From NCBI GenBank assembly GCA_035553115.1, contig DATNED010000156.1:5781-69780 (forward strand): a stretch of DNA of 64,000 nucleotides, in the 5' to 3' direction. Below, in pieces: positions 49,749 to 58,283 of the stretch. Each line of letters starts with the position of its first letter. Positions within the stretch are counted from its first letter, which is position 1. Position numbers and translations under genes: made by a program. This stretch comes from Terriglobales bacterium. GTDB taxonomy: Bacteria > Acidobacteriota > Terriglobia > Terriglobales > SCQP01. The notes beneath the pieces were generated by a model. That model saw only the letters and a list, made by a program, of their open reading frames with translations, was not told the origin of the DNA and searched no databases.

Positions 49749-52352
49749 TTATTCGCAGCGCAGCGCTTCGCTCGGCGGCAGGCGGCCGGCTCGAAACGCC
49801 GCCAACGCCGCCGCAGTCCCCGCCACCGTGGCCAATAGCCCCGCCGCCGCCAGCCAGGCTGCGGCATCGAACGCGGTCACGCCAAATAGGAACGGGCGCA
49901 GCGCGCGCGTGGCCAGACCCGCAGCCGCCGCTCCCAGCAGCAGCCCAAGCCCCAGCGGGCGCAACCCGTCGCCGAGCACCAGCGCCACCAGGCCGCGCGG
50001 CGTTGCCCCTAAAGCCAGCCGCACGCCCAGCTCCCGCCGCCGTTGCGCGACCATCTGCGCCACCGAGCCGAACAATCCGATGGCGGCCATGAGCGCGGCA
50101 AGCAGGCCGAACACTCCCGCCAGGCTCGCAATCGCGATCGGCTGCCAAAGCGAGATCCGCACCTGCTCGGCCAGCGTGCGGCCGTTGATCATGGGAATGC
50201 GCGAGTCGAGCCCGCCGACTTGCTGCCTTATCACCTTCAAGGCAGCGGCGGGTGCAAGCGAAGTTTGCGCGGCGATCCACATGCGCTCGAATGGAACTTG
50301 CGCCATGGACACATAAAACGCCAACGGCGGAGGCGCCAGCAGCGACTGGGTGCGCCGGTCCGCCACGATGCCGATCACGGTAAAGGCATGGTCGCCGTGG
50401 TAGTTGTGGAATTGCGGCCACGCCACTCTGCGCCCCAGCGCCGCTTGTCCGGGCCACAGCCGCGCCGCCAGCCGTTGATTGATCACGCAGACCAACGGTG
50501 CGTCCGCGCGGTCGGCCTGGGTAAAGCCGCGGCCCGCCACTAGCGGCAGGTCGAAAACGCCGAAGTACTCGGGCGTGACCCAGTTAATGTCGGGACGGGC
50601 GAAACCCGAGCCGAATTCTCCCGCCCGCACTGCCAGCGGCGGCGGCTCGGTGCCCGCGACAAAAACCGGGCCGCGGTTGCAGGGCGCCGGAGCGAGGCAG
50701 GCGGTGAGCGCGACTTGCCTGAAGCCGGGCTGGCTGCCCAACCGTTCGTGCAAACGCCCGAAGTACGCTCGCAATTCGGCCTGGGTGTATTGGGCGTGGC
50801 CGGCGTCCACCAAAGCCAGCTCGGTGCGGGCCGCGGCGGGCGGGACTTGCCCGGCGCGGGCGGCAGCCAGCGTGCGCGCGGCCAAGCCGGCCGCGACCAG
50901 CAGCATCAGCGCCATGCCCACCTGCGCGGCCAGCAGCGTCCGCTGCCGCGGGCGCGTGGCACGGCTCGACACCGCCTCCGGGCGGCAGAGTGCGCTCGCG
51001 GCGCCCATAGCCGCCATGCTGACCAGCGACAACGCAGCGGTACAGGCCAGCACTCGGCCATCGAAAACGAGTGCGAGGTTCGCCGGCACGCTCGGCGGCG
51101 CCAGATGCAGGAGCCCTTGCGCCAGCGGCTCCGCCGCCGCCGCGCCGATTCCTGCGCCCGCCAGCGTGATCCAGAGGCCCTCGAACAAGGGCTGGCGCAG
51201 CACCCGGCTTCGGCTCGCGCCCAGGGCCAACTGCGTGGACATTTCCCGCCGCCGCGCCTCGGTGCGGGCCAGGAACAAGCTGCCCAGGCTGGCGCAGGTC
51301 ATGGCCATCAGCAGAAATGTGCCGAAGAGCAACGTCTCCAGGATGCGGGCATGGGCGGCGCGATCGTCGGACCAGCTGCCGATGCCCGCGACCACCACCG
51401 CCCGCCGCGGCTTCAGCTCCGGATGCGCGGCGGCGATGCGCGCACTGATGGTATCGGCCTCGGCTTGGGCCCGCGCCAGTGCCACCTTGGGGCGGAGTCG
51501 TCCGATGATCGTGATCCAGCCGCAGAAACGGCTGGTCAGGCAATTCTCCGGTCCGCCGAATGGCAGCAGAAATGGCTGGGTCGTGATCGGGACAAATAAA
51601 TCGGCGGCCCAGTCCTGCGAGGAGCCCAGGAACCCTGGCGGCGCGACACCCACCACCGTGAGCGCGGTGTGGTTGCCCTCGATGGTCGAGCCCACGGCGC
51701 GCGGGTCGGCGTTCATGTGCTCGCGCCAAAAGCGGTTGCTGACCACCGCCACGCGGTTGGCCCCGGAGATTTCGTCGCCTGCGCCGATCATGCGGCCCTT
51801 TCCCGCGCGAACGTCGAGCGCAGCGAAGTAGCTGGCGCCGACCGCCTCAATGTTGAAGGTGTCGGTCGCGGCGGCGAAACTCACGTCCATCTGCAGGTTC
51901 GAGGTGGCGGCAAGTGCGGTGTACGCGCGGCTCTGCGAGGCGTAATCCAAATAGTCGGCAAAGCTGAAATCGCCCAGCAGCTCGCCGCCTTCGATGCGCT
52001 CGAGGTGGACCAGCCCGCGCCCGTCGGCGATCCCCGGCAGTGGCCGCAGCAGCACTGCGTCGCACAAGCTGAAAATCGCGGTCGCGGCCGCCATCCCGAA
52101 CGCCAACGCCCCCACCGCGGTCAACGTGAACCCGGGCGCGCGTCGCAGCCTCCGCAGCGCCCGCCGCAGATCCTGCAGCAGATGCTCGAGGCCGCTCCAG
52201 CCGCGCTGCTCGCGGCAGGCCTCGCGCACCGTCACCGAGCCCGCCTCCCGCGACGCGGGATCCCCGGCCAGCTCCTCTTCCAATTCGCGATTCAATCGCC
52301 GCCGCGCCAGCAGCGACCGCAGTTGCAGCCGCGCCACATGGAGCCCGCGCAT
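49749..52352 (-). CDS. Duplicated FtsX/MacB-type permease (acidobacterial duplicated orphan permease-like)
   Basis: 867 aa. N-terminal coiled leader ending LLQDLRRALRRLRRAPGFTLTAVGALAFG, then two repeats of a large periplasmic domain plus a 4-TM FtsX module. It lies 1 nt after the padR stop. Confidence 0.85.
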   Translation of the reverse strand: MRGLHVARLQLRSLLARRRLNRELEEELAGDPASREAGSVTVREACREQRGWSGLEHLLQDLRRALRRLRRAPGFTLTAVGALAFGMAAATAIFSLCDAVLLRPLPGIADGRGLVHLERIEGGELLGDFSFADYLDYASQSRAYTALAATSNLQMDVSFAAATDTFNIEAVGASYFAALDVRAGKGRMIGAGDEISGANRVAVVSNRFWREHMNADPRAVGSTIEGNHTALTVVGVAPPGFLGSSQDWAADLFVPITTQPFLLPFGGPENCLTSRFCGWITIIGRLRPKVALARAQAEADTISARIAAAHPELKPRRAVVVAGIGSWSDDRAAHARILETLLFGTFLLMAMTCASLGSLFLARTEARRREMSTQLALGASRSRVLRQPLFEGLWITLAGAGIGAAAAEPLAQGLLHLAPPSVPANLALVFDGRVLACTAALSLVSMAAMGAASALCRPEAVSSRATRPRQRTLLAAQVGMALMLLVAAGLAARTLAAARAGQVPPAAARTELALVDAGHAQYTQAELRAYFGRLHERLGSQPGFRQVALTACLAPAPCNRGPVFVAGTEPPPLAVRAGEFGSGFARPDINWVTPEYFGVFDLPLVAGRGFTQADRADAPLVCVINQRLAARLWPGQAALGRRVAWPQFHNYHGDHAFTVIGIVADRRTQSLLAPPPLAFYVSMAQVPFERMWIAAQTSLAPAAALKVIRQQVGGLDSRIPMINGRTLAEQVRISLWQPIAIASLAGVFGLLAALMAAIGLFGSVAQMVAQRRRELGVRLALGATPRGLVALVLGDGLRPLGLGLLLGAAAAGLATRALRPFLFGVTAFDAAAWLAAAGLLATVAGTAAALAAFRAGRLPPSEALRCE

Positions 52353-52353
52353 T

Positions 52354-52683
52354 TCATGCCTCCCGTACGACCATTCCGATCGCGGCGGTCAGCCGCTCCC
52401 ACTCCCGCAGCTCGCTCGCCAGCCGCTTCTTGCCCGCCGCGGTGAGCGCATAATACTTCGCCCGCCGCCCGTTCTCCGACGGCCGCCACTGCGCCTTGAT
52501 CCACGCCTGCTGCTCGAGCTTGTGCAGCGCCGGGTACAGCGATCCCTGCTGCACCTTCAGCTCGCCCTGCGAGATCTGCTCAATGCGCTCGCGGATGCCC
52601 CAGCCGTGCCGTGGCTCCAGCGTCAGCGTGCGCAGGATCAAGAGATCCAACGTGCCTTGTACCAAGTCCTTGGGCCTGCTCAT
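52354..52683 (-). CDS. PadR-family transcriptional regulator
   Basis: Start moved to ATG 52683 (MSRPKDLVQGTLDLLILRTL). Winged-helix segment GWGIRERIEQIS...QGSLYPALHKLEQQAWI. Confidence 0.9.
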   Translation of the reverse strand: MSRPKDLVQGTLDLLILRTLTLEPRHGWGIRERIEQISQGELKVQQGSLYPALHKLEQQAWIKAQWRPSENGRRAKYYALTAAGKKRLASELREWERLTAAIGMVVREA

Positions 52684-52736
52684 GCTTCCTGCTTCCTGTC
52701 GGTTACCTACAACCGGGAGCATAGCATAATCGTCGG

Positions 52737-54929
52737 ATGCCGGGTCGCACTTCGATTCTTCTCCTGCTCCTCTCCCTGGCGTTGAGCGCGCAAGCGCCCG
52801 CCATGCGCGGGCAGATCGTCGCTGGCAATGGGCTTCCGGTTGCGGGCGCCACCGTGCGCGCCGGCGGCGCGCAAGCGACCAGCGACGGCGAGGGGCGGTT
52901 TCTGCTGGCGGGCCCGCCCGCATCCATCACCGTGACTGCGCAGGGATACCTGCCCGAGACCGTAGCGGCAAGTGCCGGCGCTGCGCTGCGCGTTGTGCTC
53001 CAGCCGGCGCCGCTGTCCGAATCGGTCACGGTGACCGCCAGCGCGCGCAACCAAAGCACCGCCGCCGTGCCGCTCGCCACCGCGGTAATGGGGCAGGAAC
53101 GCATCCAAGCATCGGCGGCGCCGAACGCCGACTCCATCCTGCGCGAGTTCAGCAACCTGGGCACGTTCCGTGTGAACTCGTCTCAGACCGCCAACCCCAC
53201 CACCCAGGGCGTCGCGTTGCTCGGCACCGGGTCGAGCGGTGCCAGCCGCGCCCTGGTGCTGCTCGACGGCCTGCCGCTCAACGATTTCTACGGCGGCTGG
53301 GTGGATTGGCTGCGCGTGCCCGACGAATCCCTGGCCAGCGTGAGTGTGGTCGCGGGCGGAGCATCCCCGCTTTATGGCAACGACGCCCTCTCGGGCGTCA
53401 TCGGTCTCGAAACCCAAGCCCCGATCGCGACCCATTTCGAACTCCGCGCCGGCGGCGGCGGCCTGGGCACGGGCTTGGCCGACGGCGCCGGGGTAATCGC
53501 GGGTCCGAAGCTTGCGCTGGCGGTGCGCGGCAGGGGATTGCGCGTCGGTGGTTATGTGCCCATCGCCGACCCGGGCGCGGTGGACACTCGCCCCGGCGTC
53601 GCTGCCCAGGAATGGGCACCCGTGCTCCGCTGGCTGGCCTCGCCCGCGGCGCTGGTCACGCTTTCTTCGGAGTACTTCGCCGAAGACCGCCGCAACGGCA
53701 CCGCCGCGCAGGTGAATCAGACCCGGCTGCGGCAGATCGCACTGCGCACGGTGATCTCGCGCGACGGGATTTGGAACGGGAGCATCTTCGATCAGGGTGA
53801 AGATTTTGGTGCCACGTTTTCTTCAATCGCCGCCGACCGCGGCAGCGAGCGGCTGACACTCGAGCAGCACGTTCCCGCCCGCACCCACGGCGCCGCGCTC
53901 GATTGGACGCTGGCGCAGCCCCGCTGGAGCCTCACCACCGGCGCCTCCTACACGCACATTGCCGCCGACGACAGCGAAACCGCACCCCCGAGCCTGGTTC
54001 CCACCCGCGAAGAGAACGGACGCCAGCGCTTCGCTGGCGGCTTTGCCGAAGCCAGTTGGTCGCCGCTCGCGGATTGGAGCTGGACGGCCACGCTGCGCAA
54101 CGACCACTGGCGCAACTTTGATGCCTTCCAGAACACCCCCGGCGGCCTTACCCCCTACGCCGATCGCACCAGCTCCGCCTGGAGCCCCGCGCTCGGCACG
54201 GTGTGGACCGCGCGGCCGTGGCTGGCGCTGCGGGCTTCGGCCTACGAGTCCTTCCGTGCCCCCACCCTCAATGAGCTGTACCGCCCCTTCCGCGCCGGCA
54301 ATGTCCTGACCAATGCCAACCCGCTGCTGGCTGCCGAGCGCTACCGGGGCGCGCAAGTCGGGGCCGAGGCTCGGGCCACGCGCACTCTGCATTTCGACGC
54401 CACCTACTTCGACGGCTACGTCAGCAATCTCATCGCCAGCGTGACCCTGAGCACGACGCCCGCCCTCATCACCCGACAGCGCCAGAATCTCGGCCGCACC
54501 CGATCGCGCGGCGAAACGCTGGGCGCAAATTGGACCGCGCTTCCTGGCCTCGCCTTTTGGACCTCGTATACCCATCTCGATGCCAGCGTGCTCTCGGCGT
54601 CCGCGCTGAATTTGGTGGGCCTTGCCGTGCCCCACGTGCCTCGCAATGAGCTATCGGCCCGCGGCGTCTTCGAACGCAGAGGCTGGACGGCATCGCTGAT
54701 CGAGCGCTTCGGCGGCGCGAACTTCGACGACGACCAGAACACGCTACCGCTGCCCGCCTTCTGGTCCGCCGACCTTTATTTCAGCCGCGCGTTCAAGGCC
54801 CTCGCTCCCTATTTCGCGGTGGAGAATGTATTCAATCGGCGCTATGCGATCGAGCGGACGCCCGACGCGGATTTAAATTCTCCGCGCGTCATCACCGCGG
54901 GCGCGAAAATCGAATTCGGCGGACGCTGA
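52737..54929 (+). CDS. TonB-dependent receptor (about 730 aa)
   Basis: Signal peptide ILLLLLSLALSAQA, a CarboxypepD_reg-like start GQIVAGNGLPVAGATVRAGG, and plug motifs LVLLDGLPLND and SPLYGNDALSGVIGL, followed by a beta-barrel. Confidence 0.85.
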   Translation: MPGRTSILLLLLSLALSAQAPAMRGQIVAGNGLPVAGATVRAGGAQATSDGEGRFLLAGPPASITVTAQGYLPETVAASAGAALRVVLQPAPLSESVTVTASARNQSTAAVPLATAVMGQERIQASAAPNADSILREFSNLGTFRVNSSQTANPTTQGVALLGTGSSGASRALVLLDGLPLNDFYGGWVDWLRVPDESLASVSVVAGGASPLYGNDALSGVIGLETQAPIATHFELRAGGGGLGTGLADGAGVIAGPKLALAVRGRGLRVGGYVPIADPGAVDTRPGVAAQEWAPVLRWLASPAALVTLSSEYFAEDRRNGTAAQVNQTRLRQIALRTVISRDGIWNGSIFDQGEDFGATFSSIAADRGSERLTLEQHVPARTHGAALDWTLAQPRWSLTTGASYTHIAADDSETAPPSLVPTREENGRQRFAGGFAEASWSPLADWSWTATLRNDHWRNFDAFQNTPGGLTPYADRTSSAWSPALGTVWTARPWLALRASAYESFRAPTLNELYRPFRAGNVLTNANPLLAAERYRGAQVGAEARATRTLHFDATYFDGYVSNLIASVTLSTTPALITRQRQNLGRTRSRGETLGANWTALPGLAFWTSYTHLDASVLSASALNLVGLAVPHVPRNELSARGVFERRGWTASLIERFGGANFDDDQNTLPLPAFWSADLYFSRAFKALAPYFAVENVFNRRYAIERTPDADLNSPRVITAGAKIEFGGR

Positions 54930-54954
54930 CAGGCTGCTTGGATTCCGACGCCAA

Positions 54955-56697
54955 TTAACGTTTCGCCGCCGCGGCCAGGGCGGCTTGCGGGCTGGGGTCC
55001 ACGGGCTTCGGCGGTGGCGGCATCTCGCCGGGGGCGAAGCGCGTCAGCGGCTGGTCGCTCATCGCCAGCGCGTAGGCGGCAACCGCAATTTCCGCTGCGC
55101 CTTCGCGCAAATCCTCGGGCACGAGGCGCTCGTAGGTGTCGAGATTGGTGTGCCAGGAATAGGGCTGGTACTCGATCGGATCCTGCTCGAAGTTGATTCC
55201 TGTCAGCCCGGCCTGATTGAACGAAGTGCTGTCGGTGCCGCCGGTGCGGCGGCTGCCGGTCGCGCTCGCGCCCATGAAGCCCCAGTCGTGGAACTGCATC
55301 AGCGCCGCTCGCAGCGTGTCGGCCGCCGCCGGCGGGCCGAAGACGCTCGCGCCGCGCGGTTTGCTGGTGCCGTCGTCAATGTTCATATAAGCGACCAGGT
55401 TTTGGAACTCCGGCTTCTGCTTCTCGAAGCTGCCGAAGTGGCGGTCCACATACGCCAGCGAGCCCAGCAGGCCCTCCTCCTCGCCGCTCCATAGCGCCAC
55501 CCGGATGGTTCGCCGCGGCCGCACGTGCATCGCCAGCAGAATGCGCGCCGCTTCCATCATCATCGCGCTCCCGGCGGCGTTGTCGGTCGCGCCCGTGGCA
55601 TTGTTCCAGGAATCGAGGTGCCCGCCCAGCATCACCACCTGGTCCTTCAGATCGGTTCCGGGAATCTCTCCGATGGCATCGTAGGCGGTCTTGCCCTCCG
55701 GGTAAATGGTGTTCACGATGTTGAAGCGCAGCGTCACTGCGGTGCCGTCGGCCAGCACGCGTGCGATGCGCCCGTAATCGTCGTTGCGCATGACGACGGT
55801 CGGAACCTCGGTCGCTATGTTATAGCTGGGGTTGTTGTAGGCCACGATCACCCCGTGCGCCATGCCGGCGTCGTTGATGCGCACCTTCACCCCGCTCTTG
55901 ATCAGGAAGGCATCGAACTGGTCGCTGACCTGCTGGCGCGTGAGTTTGCTCGGATCCGGCGCGGGTGCCGGTCCGCGCGCCCCGAATCCGCCGCGCCTCC
56001 CCCCGCGCAGCGCGGCGCAGCCGGCGTCCTCGGGATTGAAGGTGCAGTTCCACTGTTCGTCGGACCGGCGCAGCGGCGGCGGGTTGAAATTCACCGGAAT
56101 CACCCGCGGTTCGCCTGCTAGGACGATCTTGCCCGCGATCTTGGCGCGGTTGGCGGCGAAATAGGCGTCGAGCTCGGCCTGGGTCGGCATGACCGGAGGG
56201 GCCGCGCCGCGGCCGGTCGGGCGCGCCAGCCCCGGCGGCGGCTCGAGCATCACGGCCTCGGCCGTGACCACCCCTTGGGTGCCCGGCGTCCAATGCAGGG
56301 GCTTGACCTCGAGCTGGCCATGGAATGGCGACACCGCGTCGGCTTGAAGCTCCAGGTTGTCCCAACCCGGCACTTGGTAGGTCAGCCGCTCGGGCACGAA
56401 AGGATACCCCTCGAGATGGGTATTCACCATGCCCCACGAAGCCTCCGTCTGCAGCACCCAGTCGTCGGCGCCCTTGAGCGCAGGCGTGCCCGTCAGGCGC
56501 GGGCCGTGCACGTCGGTGAGCTCGTGCATGATCCACAGGATCTTCGAGTTGGCCTCGGTCTCCTGCTGCCGTGCCTGCGCGGCGATGGAGGAAAGATCCG
56601 CATCTTGCCGCGGCGGCGCCGGCCGCAGCCACATCCAACCCGCTGAAAGCGTACCCAGCGCAAGCGCGCCGGTGAGAACCACAGAGGACTTAGGCAT
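54955..56697 (-). CDS. Secreted M28-family metallopeptidase with a PA domain
   Basis: Start moved to ATG 56697 (MPKSSVVLTGALALG). Zinc ligand contexts GGHLDSW, ATDNAAGSA and WSGEEEGLLGS. Confidence 0.85.
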   Translation of the reverse strand: MPKSSVVLTGALALGTLSAGWMWLRPAPPRQDADLSSIAAQARQQETEANSKILWIMHELTDVHGPRLTGTPALKGADDWVLQTEASWGMVNTHLEGYPFVPERLTYQVPGWDNLELQADAVSPFHGQLEVKPLHWTPGTQGVVTAEAVMLEPPPGLARPTGRGAAPPVMPTQAELDAYFAANRAKIAGKIVLAGEPRVIPVNFNPPPLRRSDEQWNCTFNPEDAGCAALRGGRRGGFGARGPAPAPDPSKLTRQQVSDQFDAFLIKSGVKVRINDAGMAHGVIVAYNNPSYNIATEVPTVVMRNDDYGRIARVLADGTAVTLRFNIVNTIYPEGKTAYDAIGEIPGTDLKDQVVMLGGHLDSWNNATGATDNAAGSAMMMEAARILLAMHVRPRRTIRVALWSGEEEGLLGSLAYVDRHFGSFEKQKPEFQNLVAYMNIDDGTSKPRGASVFGPPAAADTLRAALMQFHDWGFMGASATGSRRTGGTDSTSFNQAGLTGINFEQDPIEYQPYSWHTNLDTYERLVPEDLREGAAEIAVAAYALAMSDQPLTRFAPGEMPPPPKPVDPSPQAALAAAAKR

Positions 56698-56728
56698 GCC
56701 CGCCAGTGTACCAGCTTGGTTGGGGCGA

Positions 56729-57664
56729 TTACTTCTCGGCATGGCGCCGTCTCGCGACCGCGTTCGGCTCGGCAGGAACCGGCGCCACCGCGCCCCGCGA
56801 AAGCACCAGCCCCAGCGCCGCCAGGATCACGACGCTCCCCATCCACGCCTCCCCCGAGATGCGCTCGCCCGCCCACGCCCACCCCAACCCCAGCGCTACG
56901 ACCGGGTTGACCAGCGCATAGCTCGCCACCCGCACCGCCGCGACATGCCCGAGCAGCCAAATATAGGCCGAGTAACCGATCACGGACCCGGCCAGCACCA
57001 GGTACGCGAGCGCCCATCCCGTGCTGCCGCCGAACGCCCCCCAATGCAGCCCGCTGAATTCGCCCGCCATCGCCGCCGTGCCCGCCAGCAGCCCGCCCCC
57101 GGCCAGCATTTGTGCCGCTGAGCTCATCGCAGCCGTTCGTGGCAGCGTCCATCGGTGCTGCACCACGGTGCCCAGGGCCCACGCGAAGGACGCGCCCACC
57201 AGCGCCAGCGCTGCGGTGGCGTCGGTCGCCCCCGCGCCGTGCCCCGACATCAGCAGCGCCACGCCGGCCGCGCCCAGCACGCAGCCGCCAACCACCTGCA
57301 TCGAAGCCGGCGCGGACCGGTACACCCACGCCTCCAGTGCCGCCACCCACAGCGGGATCAGCGCTGCCAGCACCGCCGCCACGCCCGACGCCACCCGCGT
57401 CTCGGCCCAAAACAGCACCCCGTATCCGGCCACGAACATCAACGCCGCCACCGCCAATGCGCCCGCCCATTCCCGCGCCCGCGGCTGCGCCTCGCCCCGC
57501 GCCGTCGCCCAGGCCCACACCAGCGCTCCCGCGGCCAGGAACCGCGCCGCCGCCAGCACCAGCGGCGGCAGCGTCTGGTCCCCGATCTTGATGGCGAGGA
57601 AGGTTCCGCCCCAAAGCAGGTAGATGATGGCAAAGCCGAGCGCAATCCTGGAGCGTTGCGGCAT
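56729..57664 (-). CDS. EamA-family (DMT superfamily) transporter
   Basis: 311 aa with about ten TM helices and two EamA repeats (FAIIYLLWGGTFLAIK). Confidence 0.85.
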   Translation of the reverse strand: MPQRSRIALGFAIIYLLWGGTFLAIKIGDQTLPPLVLAAARFLAAGALVWAWATARGEAQPRAREWAGALAVAALMFVAGYGVLFWAETRVASGVAAVLAALIPLWVAALEAWVYRSAPASMQVVGGCVLGAAGVALLMSGHGAGATDATAALALVGASFAWALGTVVQHRWTLPRTAAMSSAAQMLAGGGLLAGTAAMAGEFSGLHWGAFGGSTGWALAYLVLAGSVIGYSAYIWLLGHVAAVRVASYALVNPVVALGLGWAWAGERISGEAWMGSVVILAALGLVLSRGAVAPVPAEPNAVARRRHAEK

Positions 57665-57673
57665 GCCTCCATG

Positions 57674-57694
57674 ATAACCTATTGAACAGGTTAT
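57674..57694. promoter_or_regulatory. Inverted repeat ATAACCT-N7-AGGTTAT in the 28-bp divergent spacer (candidate operator)
   Basis: Perfect 7-bp arms at 57674-57680 and 57688-57694. The right arm overlaps the ATG (57693) of the CGNR gene, and the left arm lies 10 nt from the EamA ATG. Confidence 0.4.
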
Positions 57695-58283
57695 GCTGGC
57701 GGACGCGCGACGGTTTTTCTACGACACCGGCAGTTTGGCGCTGGCCTTGGTGGATACTGTGGGCGCGCGCGGCCGGCCGCTCTCGCCCGGCGGCGGCCGG
57801 CGCGAGTACCTGGACTCGCCCAGCGCCTTGGCCGCCTGGGCGCGGCAGGCGGGCCTGGGCGCAGGGCGGCTGCCGGCGCCCGCCGAACTCCGCCAGGTGC
57901 AGCTGCTCCGTGAGGCCATCTACCGCCTGCTGCGCGCCGCGCTCGAACGCCGCCCGCCCCGGCCTCGCGATCTGACCATCCTCAACCGCGCCGTCGCCGA
58001 GGCGGCGCCGGAGCCTGGCATCGTCTGGTACCGGGGCGCCTTCGTGCCCGCACGCCGCCGCCGCACCCGCCTCGCGCAAACGATCCTGACCCGCGTTGCC
58101 GCCGAGACGCGCATGCTGCTGCTCGATCCCTCGGCTCTGCGCGCTTGCGCCGACCCCGAATGCGGATGGCTGTTCCTCGACCGCTCCCAGGCGCGGCGCC
58201 GCCGATGGTGCAGCATGGCCGAGTGCGGCAATCGGGCCAAGGCGCGCCGCTTCCGCGGCACTCATGCTAGCGTCAGGGAATGA
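57693..58283 (+). CDS. CGNR zinc-finger (ABATE-domain) protein, putative nucleic-acid-binding regulator
   Basis: C-terminal CADPECGWLFLDRSQARRRRWCSMAECGNRAKARRFR (CGNR motif). The stop overlaps the next gene's ATG (ATGA). Confidence 0.85.
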   Translation: MLADARRFFYDTGSLALALVDTVGARGRPLSPGGGRREYLDSPSALAAWARQAGLGAGRLPAPAELRQVQLLREAIYRLLRAALERRPPRPRDLTILNRAVAEAAPEPGIVWYRGAFVPARRRRTRLAQTILTRVAAETRMLLLDPSALRACADPECGWLFLDRSQARRRRWCSMAECGNRAKARRFRGTHASVRE

